Positions 57,701 to 64,000 of a stretch of DNA of 64,000 bases are shown piece after piece (positions within the stretch are counted from its first letter, which is position 1; each line of letters begins with the position of its first letter). The translations under genes and the position numbers were made by a program. The stretch is from Candidatus Latescibacterota bacterium (GTDB lineage: Bacteria; Latescibacterota; UBA2968), in the NCBI GenBank assembly GCA_965204375.1, contig OZ241986.1, forward strand, positions 1,952,001 through 2,016,000, in the 5' to 3' direction. The notes under the pieces are model-generated. The model saw only the letters and a program-made list of their open reading frames with translations. It was not told where the DNA came from and made no database searches.

Positions 57701-57862
57701 CTGTCTTCCTTCCTTAAAGAACCTGCCATCACTTGCAATAGCAGTTTACACGAAACCGACTATTTGAGCACAGTTATCCCAATCAGCGCAAAATTGAGTT
57801 GATATCCTATGGGGCACATGTATAGTCATAGAACTCGCGATTGTCAACCGAATCGGCAAAAA

Positions 57863-57888
57863 CGGGCGACCACAAGGATCGCCCCTAC
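57863..57888 (-). repeat. GTAG-type REP element
   Basis: Minus strand gtaggggcgatccttgtggtcgcccg. Confidence 0.7.
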
Positions 57889-57908
57889 ATTTTATTTTTT
57901 TGTGTCCC

Positions 57909-58772
57909 TTAGTGTCTTTTGTGGATTTCACGTCTCACCTCATAAGCACCCGCATCATCTCGTCGCAATCCTCCCCAGGCAATATCCGGATCGTGCGGCC
58001 ACACCATAACCCAGTTCTCGGAAACTGCCCTCTCCATAACCTCTTGCTTAACCAGATAGGTCTGCCGCGGATACAGATCGTAAGCCATCACATAAATCGG
58101 CTTTAGATGATGCGTCGTAGGAATCAAATCCCCCACAAAACAGAACGTATCTTCACCCGTATGCACCAACACAGATTGATGCCTGCGGGTATGCCCTGGC
58201 GTAACTATGACCTCAACAAAAGAACAAATACTCTCATTCCCATCCAACAGCGAAAGCACAGGTGACAGCGGCCTCATTACCTCGTCGTATCGGTACCCAT
58301 TCACCGTCTGCCCATCGGCATTCTCCGCATCCTCCCATTCGCCCTCTTGCACATAATAAGTCGCATTTGGAAAAGCGGGCACATATTCCTCTCCCTCTTG
58401 CACCGTACAACCCCCGGCATGATCCTGATGCAAATGCGTCAACACAACCCGCGTAATCTCCTCGGGCGCAATATGCAGTGCCTCCAGAGATGCCATGAGG
58501 CCATCCGACTCATCGAGCGCGTAAATCTCCCGCAACTTCTCCGTCACCTTGCCCCCAAACCCCGTCTCAATCAGCACGACCTCACCCCGCCCTCTCACAA
58601 GCAAACAATTCATCGTCAACCCAATGCGATTGCGCTCATCGGGCGGATAACACCTCTCCCACAGCGGACGGGGCACAACCCCAAACATCGCGCCGCCATC
58701 CATCCTCACCTGCCCGGCAGATAAAACCCACACATCGCAACCACCACTTTGCTTATAATCTACAATCGCCAT
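57909..58772 (-). CDS. MBL-fold metallo-hydrolase (YtnP/lactonase-like)
   Basis: DGGAMFGVVP, THLHQDHAGG, PGHT, GDL, HDP. True start at ATG 58772 after GGAG. Confidence 0.9.
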   Translation of the reverse strand: MAIVDYKQSGGCDVWVLSAGQVRMDGGAMFGVVPRPLWERCYPPDERNRIGLTMNCLLVRGRGEVVLIETGFGGKVTEKLREIYALDESDGLMASLEALHIAPEEITRVVLTHLHQDHAGGCTVQEGEEYVPAFPNATYYVQEGEWEDAENADGQTVNGYRYDEVMRPLSPVLSLLDGNESICSFVEVIVTPGHTRRHQSVLVHTGEDTFCFVGDLIPTTHHLKPIYVMAYDLYPRQTYLVKQEVMERAVSENWVMVWPHDPDIAWGGLRRDDAGAYEVRREIHKRH

Positions 58773-58909
58773 ACGCACATCTCCAACTTTGCACTTCGCA
58801 CTTACCCAATAGCCCGTAAAGCCCACGAGCTTTAGCCGTGGGATGCAAGGGCTTCCTTTCTTACCCCTGATTGATTCTTTCAGGGGGTATATGAGCGTTG
58901 CCATATCGC

Positions 58910-58938
58910 TTGACAAAAATGATACATAAGTGTATATT
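58910..58938 (+). promoter_or_regulatory. Sigma70 promoter of tnpB, probably giving a leaderless mRNA
   Basis: TTGACA-17 nt-TATATT ending 7 nt before ATG 58945; no RBS. Confidence 0.7.
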
Positions 58939-58944
58939 TTAATT

Positions 58945-60063
58945 ATGGTTAAGTCCTTCAAATACAGATTGCGACCAACGAAAAAACAAGAGAATATCTT
59001 GCTGGCACATATTGACGAATGTCGCATATTATATAACCAGCTTATTGCCGCTCGGATACAAGCCTATGAGAATGGCAAAGAATCGCTGTCTTGCTATGAC
59101 CAGCAAAAGATGTTGCCGTTGCTGAAACAGCAATACAATGGTTTTGTGAAAGTATATTCTCAAGTTCTCCAGCAAGTCGCGGTACGTGTTGATCTGGCAT
59201 TCAAAGGATTCTTTCGCCGTCTCAAAGAGAAAGCAAAGACGGGCGAAAAGGCTGGCTTTCCCAGATATAAGGGACAGAATCGCTATGATTCTATCACGTA
59301 TCCTCAGTTTTCCAACGGTTGCCGATTGGACGATAAAGGCTTGAGATTGGGCAAAATAGGCTGTATCCGCATTGTCCAGCATAGACCTCTTGACGGTATC
59401 CCTAAATCTTGCACAATCACTCGCACTGCTACTGGCAAATGGTTCGCGTCTATCCCTTGTGATATGGGCGACGCGCCTGAAAAGCGTGACGCTGTGCAAC
59501 CCGTTGGCATTGACGTTGGTCTCACTTCCTTTGCTGTAACCAGTGACAAAGAACAGGTTGATAATCCTCGTTTCTTTAGAAAAGAGGAAAAGTCTCTTGC
59601 CAAAGCACAGAGAAAATGGGACGCAGTGAAAAAGGGTTGTCCAAAGAGGCGCGAGAAAGCGCGTAAGACCGTTGCCAGGGTGCATGAGCGTATCCGTAAT
59701 AAGCGACATAACTTTGCCCATCAAGAAGCAAGAAAAATGGTCAACCGCCACGGCTTTATAGCCGTAGAGAAGTTGAGCGTTAAAGAGATGCAAAAGAACA
59801 GGCGATTGTCTAAATCAATAGCAGACGTAGCATGGTCCCTGTTTCGGCATTGTCTCGAATACAAAGCGGAAGAAGCTGGTATTGGATTCAAAGCCGTCAA
59901 GCCTGATTATACGTCACAAGATTGCTCGGCATGCGGACACAGGGAAAAGAAATCTCTTTCTCAGCGTGTGCATCATTGCAAGGCATGTGGCTATACGACG
60001 GACAGAGACCATAATGCTGCGATAAACATATTGACGTTGGGGCTACAACGTCAGGTGGAATAA
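58945..60063 (+). CDS. tnpB: RNA-guided endonuclease TnpB
   Basis: KSFKYRLRPT, GFPRYK, RuvC GIDVG / IAVE / DRDHNAAINI, zinc finger CSAC...CKAC. Confidence 0.96.
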   Translation: MVKSFKYRLRPTKKQENILLAHIDECRILYNQLIAARIQAYENGKESLSCYDQQKMLPLLKQQYNGFVKVYSQVLQQVAVRVDLAFKGFFRRLKEKAKTGEKAGFPRYKGQNRYDSITYPQFSNGCRLDDKGLRLGKIGCIRIVQHRPLDGIPKSCTITRTATGKWFASIPCDMGDAPEKRDAVQPVGIDVGLTSFAVTSDKEQVDNPRFFRKEEKSLAKAQRKWDAVKKGCPKRREKARKTVARVHERIRNKRHNFAHQEARKMVNRHGFIAVEKLSVKEMQKNRRLSKSIADVAWSLFRHCLEYKAEEAGIGFKAVKPDYTSQDCSACGHREKKSLSQRVHHCKACGYTTDRDHNAAINILTLGLQRQVE

Positions 60064-60131
60064 CCACCAAGAAGCCCACTCGCAGAGTGCTTTAGCGTTG
60101 GGAGTAGTCACCCCTATATATCGTATCTTAC
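59960..60131 (+). ncRNA. Predicted omega/reRNA (scaffold to 60111 plus about 20-nt guide from the flank); 5' boundary uncertain
   Basis: Inferred from established TnpB architecture and the right end TCAC at 60108-60111. Confidence 0.55.
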
Positions 60132-60163
60132 TGACGTTACGCAGAGGCACAATATAATACGCC

Positions 60164-60295
60164 TGTCATTCTGAGCCGTAACGTAGTGGAGGCGAAGGAG
60201 CGGGGTACAACTGGCCGCTTCTCAAGCCAGTTCATCTCCTACCAACTCAGGTGGAAAAGATGCTTCGGCTCCGTTCCACTCCACTCAGCATGACA
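60164..60295. repeat. Large imperfect inverted repeat (TGTCATTCTGAG...CTCAGCATGACA), MITE-like
   Basis: Arms tgtcattctgag...gcgaagga[insert]tct and agatgcttcgg...ctcagcatgaca. Confidence 0.8.
60201..60235 (+). repeat. 35-nt dispersed hairpin element, copy 3 (nested in the larger inverted repeat)
   Basis: cggggtacaactggccgcttctcaagccagttcat. Confidence 0.9.
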
Positions 60296-60369
60296 AAAAC
60301 GCCAGACATGTGTAACATCAGTTATCTTATCCCTATAAAGAATATTTGCAACAAAAAACAGGAGGAACC

Positions 60370-61137
60370 ATGCCAGCAGCACTCGTCACCGGATCCAGCA
60401 GAGGCATCGGCAGAGGCATTGCGTTCTGCCTTGCCGACGCGGGCTACGACATCCTCGTCAACTACGCAGGCAACCAGGCAGCAGCAGAAGAAACCGCAAC
60501 AGGTATTCGGGAACGCGGACAAAACGTCCATATCTGTCAGGGCGACATAACCCGCATAGAAGATGGCAAACGCCTCGTGGATACCACACTCGACGCCTTT
60601 GGCCGCCTCGACCTGCTCGTCAACAACGCCGGCATTGCCCCCCGCGTGCGCGCCGACATACTCGAAGCCACCCCAGAAAGCTATGAAGACGTCATGAACA
60701 CCAACCTCAAAGGACCCTACTTCTTAACCCAATATGCGGCAAACCACATGATCGCGCTCAAAGAACAAGGCAAAATACAAACACCGCGCATCGTCGTCAT
60801 CACTTCTATATCCGCCTACACCTCTTCAACAGCGCGCGGCGAATACTGCGTCTCAAAAGCTGGCCTGAGCATGATGACGCGCCTATTTGCCGACCGGCTC
60901 GCAGAACACGGCATCCCCGTCAATGAAATCCAGCCGGGCATCATCCAGACCGACATGACAGGACCCGTAAAAGAAAAATACGACCACCTGATAGCCGATG
61001 GCCTGACCCCCATCCGCAGGTGGGGACAACCCGAAGACATCGGCAAAGTAGTAGCCGCCATTGGACTCGGCTATTTCGACTTCACAACCGGCGCAGCAAT
61101 CCCGGTTGACGGCGGATTCCACATGCACCGGCTTTGA
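60370..61137 (+). CDS. Short-chain dehydrogenase/reductase
   Basis: TGSSRGIG, NNAG, YCVSK, PG, VDGG. ATG 60370 after GGAGG. Confidence 0.92.
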   Translation: MPAALVTGSSRGIGRGIAFCLADAGYDILVNYAGNQAAAEETATGIRERGQNVHICQGDITRIEDGKRLVDTTLDAFGRLDLLVNNAGIAPRVRADILEATPESYEDVMNTNLKGPYFLTQYAANHMIALKEQGKIQTPRIVVITSISAYTSSTARGEYCVSKAGLSMMTRLFADRLAEHGIPVNEIQPGIIQTDMTGPVKEKYDHLIADGLTPIRRWGQPEDIGKVVAAIGLGYFDFTTGAAIPVDGGFHMHRL

Positions 61138-61192
61138 TTCAGTTTTTAAGCCATATTCCCCCATTTGGCTATTGATTTTTTGGGGTACGAGG

Positions 61193-61221
61193 TTGACATA
61201 TTTTCTCTTATATCGTACCTT
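61193..61221 (+). promoter_or_regulatory. Possible sigma70 promoter of the Cys-rich gene
   Basis: TTGACA-17 nt-TACCTT. Confidence 0.45.
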
Positions 61222-61271
61222 ATAAACAATCATAAAACATCGCAATTCTACGTTTTCAAGTGAGGACTCAA

Positions 61272-62051
61272 ATGCTGAAACGCTTTTTTAGTAAAAATGA
61301 CGAAGAACCAGAGAATGGTACAACAAAAGAAAGACAAATCCACATTGAAGGACAAGACGAGCACGTTCAGGAAGCCATGGACCTCCTCGCACAAGAGGAT
61401 CAAGATGAACTCGACGAAGCCCTTGACGAAGTTAATGAAACCGTAAGAGAAGCCGCCAGAGCCTCCCTGCGCGACCTGAGACTCATGCAAGAGGGCCACT
61501 GTCCATCCTGCGGCCACAAAACACTGCGGCAATTTCTCTTTACAACGGTGTGTTCCAGTTGCGGTTGGTTTTCATTCATCTCGCCCGAAGAAGGCAAATC
61601 TCACATCCATCTGCAAAGTGGGCGCACCATCGAATGCGGCACCACATTCGACACCAAAGGCGACTTTGTACTTGGCATCACAAGCGGTGTGGTTCGCGCC
61701 AAAGTACCCAAGGAAAATGTCGAATATATCGAATTTTCCTGGACCGACGAAGAAGTCCGGCGCAAACGCGAATCCCGCGCCAAAGAGGAAACGGGAATAT
61801 GTAGCTGGTGCGAAAAATCGCTCGCAGATGATAATGATGCAAATGTCATTGTCTATGCGGCTTTTGGCTCCACCCAGGAGCGCTATGTCTTCTGTTCGGA
61901 CAAATGCAACGAAGCATTCCAAAAACAATACCCCATTCGCATTCACAAAAATTGCTACGAACGCTCCTGCCTCGATTGCGACCTGTGCAACAAACGCTAC
62001 CTGGGCGAAGACGAGACCTTTCTCAAATTGCTCGAGCAAGGGAAAGTGTGA
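61272..62051 (+). CDS. Cysteine-rich multi-metal-site hypothetical protein
   Basis: CPSC/CSSC, CSWC/FCSDKC, CYERSCLDCDLC; GAGG RBS; own promoter and terminator. Confidence 0.75.
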   Translation: MLKRFFSKNDEEPENGTTKERQIHIEGQDEHVQEAMDLLAQEDQDELDEALDEVNETVREAARASLRDLRLMQEGHCPSCGHKTLRQFLFTTVCSSCGWFSFISPEEGKSHIHLQSGRTIECGTTFDTKGDFVLGITSGVVRAKVPKENVEYIEFSWTDEEVRRKRESRAKEETGICSWCEKSLADDNDANVIVYAAFGSTQERYVFCSDKCNEAFQKQYPIRIHKNCYERSCLDCDLCNKRYLGEDETFLKLLEQGKV

Positions 62052-62096
62052 GAAAGCGGTCAGCAATCAGCCCGCTAACCCCACTCCAAAATCAAA

Positions 62097-62132
62097 CCCC
62101 CATCGCAATAACACGCGATGGGGGATTTTTTT
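62097..62132 (+). terminator. Intrinsic terminator
   Basis: cccccatcgc/gcgatggggg stem followed by a T run. Confidence 0.8.
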
Positions 62133-62153
62133 TAGGCGGTCTATCAGATGTGT

Positions 62154-64000
62154 TTATCGGTCTTTCTCTGTGGCTTGCTGCAGTTGCTTCTTCCCCTTTT
62201 CAACCTCTTCCACCGCCGTCATAATCCCCTCAATAAATTCATCTGCTATATCGTCTTTCTGCTTTTGCTGCTGTTCGTAGAGCAAGCGATAGACCTCGCA
62301 CTCTTCTATCAAATCATCGTGGAAACCCCATCCCGCCATGCGACCATTATCCAGCACCAGAATGCGATCTGCCCGCATCGCCGTAGAAATCCGGTGGGTA
62401 ATCACAAACGTCGTGCGCCCCTCCATCAAGTGATCCAGCGTCGCTTGTATTTTCGCCTCTGTCTTTGCATCCAGCGCCGAAGTCGTATCGTCCAAAATCA
62501 GAATACTGGGATCGGTGACAACAGCCATCGCAAAAGCCAGACGCTGTTTTTGACCACCCGATAAATTGGTACCGCGCTCCTCGACCGGCGCTTCGTATTT
62601 TTCTGGCAGCGTCATAATAAAATCGTGCAACTCTGCCGCCTTAGCCGCAGCCATCACCTGCTCGGGCGAAGTATCGGGCTGACCGTAGAGAATATTCTCG
62701 GCAATCGTCCCGGAAAACAGAACGGGTTCCTGGGGCACCATGCTGAGATGCTGTCGCAATGAAGAAATTTTGAGATCTTGTATATCGTAATCATCCAGAA
62801 TAATTTTCCCCTCTGTGGGTTCATAAAGACGCATCAACAAACTAACCAGCGTACTCTTCCCCGACCCCGAAGGCCCAACCACAGCCACCGTCGTGCCCGG
62901 CCGCACGACAAAATTGAGATCTCGAAGAACGTAATCACCCGCCTCTGTATAGCGAAACGACACATTGCGAAACGACACGCGCCCGCGCACCTTGTCGAGG
63001 GTCTTCGCATCTTCCCTATCCCGAATAATCACTTCTTCATCCAGCACCTCAAACACGCGACTGATCACCACCAGCATCTGTTGCAACGTAGCATTCACAT
63101 TGGCAAGAGCAACCAGTGGCGAAAAAAGATTCCCCATCGACATACTAAAATAAACCAATTCCCCAACCGTCATCATACCACCGCGAACCTGCAATGCGCC
63201 ATAATAAAAGATCAGCCCCATTGCAATCCCCCCCACAACCGAGCAAACTGACCCCAGACCAGAACTCAAAACGGACTGTTTGACGCCCAACCGATACAGC
63301 CCGATCAAACGCCTGAAAAAGTCCCGAAACTCCCGTCTTTCTCGCGCATAAGACAGAATGAGGCGAATCCCCTTTGAGCGTTCTTCCAACAGCGCAGAAA
63401 CCTCGCTATAATCTTCTCGAAACCGCATAAAAACATTTGCTATCGGACGCTGAAACACCTTATAGGTTACGACGTACGCGGGCAATGCAACAAAAGCCAT
63501 CAGCGCGAGCTTGACATCAATCGTAAACAGAATCGCCGTACCCATCAAAATGCGCGCGACATGCCGCAGCGTCTCTACAAAAGTCGTCGTAATTTCGCTC
63601 TGCAACAACCCCACATCATCCAAAATACGCGCCATAATCCGCCCGGTTTGCTGGCGATCAAAAAACGTCATCTGCAACTGCTGTACCTTCTCGTGCAGAG
63701 CCAGGCGAATCCGGAAAACAATCCGCTGTCCCACATAGGCGATGCTATACGTATAAAACCAGTTGAGCGTGGCAAAAAACGATCTCACGACCAGATAGAG
63801 AATGAAAATCCACCCCAACCATTCCAGTTTTTCCGTGCGCGTTTTGGGCAGCATTATCCCGCCTTCTTTGCCCAGCCCCGGAATCGTTGCCTGTGGATCT
63901 CGTTTTGGGCGCCTCTCCTCCTGAATCAAAGACTGCATGTGGGCTTCTGAAACAACTTCACCTGCGGGCTTGAGTTGCAAGACTTCGTCAACTGTAATTT
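62154..64000 (-). CDS. ABC exporter fused permease/ATPase, 5' end outside the window
   Basis: GPSGSGKS, LSGGQKQR, LILDD, THR; frame open to the window edge. Confidence 0.9.
   Translation of the reverse strand, partial: ITVDEVLQLKPAGEVVSEAHMQSLIQEERRPKRDPQATIPGLGKEGGIMLPKTRTEKLEWLGWIFILYLVVRSFFATLNWFYTYSIAYVGQRIVFRIRLALHEKVQQLQMTFFDRQQTGRIMARILDDVGLLQSEITTTFVETLRHVARILMGTAILFTIDVKLALMAFVALPAYVVTYKVFQRPIANVFMRFREDYSEVSALLEERSKGIRLILSYARERREFRDFFRRLIGLYRLGVKQSVLSSGLGSVCSVVGGIAMGLIFYYGALQVRGGMMTVGELVYFSMSMGNLFSPLVALANVNATLQQMLVVISRVFEVLDEEVIIRDREDAKTLDKVRGRVSFRNVSFRYTEAGDYVLRDLNFVVRPGTTVAVVGPSGSGKSTLVSLLMRLYEPTEGKIILDDYDIQDLKISSLRQHLSMVPQEPVLFSGTIAENILYGQPDTSPEQVMAAAKAAELHDFIMTLPEKYEAPVEERGTNLSGGQKQRLAFAMAVVTDPSILILDDTTSALDAKTEAKIQATLDHLMEGRTTFVITHRISTAMRADRILVLDNGRMAGWGFHDDLIEECEVYRLLYEQQQKQKDDIADEFIEGIMTAVEEVEKGKKQLQQATEKDR

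Larger units (their letters stand above)
58806..60111 (+). mobile_element. Non-autonomous IS200/IS605-family (IS1341-type, TnpB-only) element
   Basis: Left end: TTAC|ccaatagcccgt-AAAG-hairpin cccacg/cgtggg. Right end: GAAG-hairpin-gagtag-TCAC|. No tnpA inside. Confidence 0.85.

Noticed and set aside
58861-58889. Internal TTAC-CCCT site as a TnpB self-target
   Set aside because: Only 4 nt match the predicted guide after the motif, and the site is part of a local hairpin; too weak to claim.
58773-59027. N-terminal extension of the MBL hydrolase ORF
   Set aside because: It reads through the IS left end and antisense tnpB; fortuitous.
19816-60235. 35-nt repeats as a CRISPR array or integron attC sites
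   Set aside because: Copies are kilobases apart with no spacer array or cas genes; too short for attC, and no integrase is present.

Overview
Bacterial genomic window with a diderm envelope (Wzi, LpoB, beta-barrel OMPs, MsbA-like exporter). The gene content resembles uncultured FCB/PVC-type heterotrophs, but taxonomy cannot be fixed from sequence alone. In order it contains: (1) an 8-gene aldolase-type bacterial microcompartment (BMC) operon with three encapsulation-peptide-bearing enzymes and no acyl kinase, alcohol dehydrogenase or regulator; (2) a surface-glycan cluster with a WecA/MraY-methyltransferase fusion; (3) a lipoprotein/LpoB/OMP operon; (4) an AT-richer defence-like region (HicBA, DUF2971-like protein, membrane protein with a nuclease-like motif, GIY-YIG nuclease, DUF262/HNH protein); (5) many catabolic genes (Mo-hydroxylase large subunit, FGGY kinase, oxoprolinase/hydantoinase, Ldh_2, HpcH aldolase, Dpp-type ABC importer interrupted by a nucleotidyltransferase gene pair); (6) tRNA-Gly(GCC); (7) a TnpB-only IS200/IS605 element whose ends, target motif (TTAC) and guide can be read from the sequence; (8) a cysteine-rich hypothetical protein. 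Intergenic DNA holds several small repeat families, most notably a 35-nt element in three copies with covarying alternative stems, sometimes nested inside other repeats. All family assignments come from motif recognition by eye; no database searches were run.
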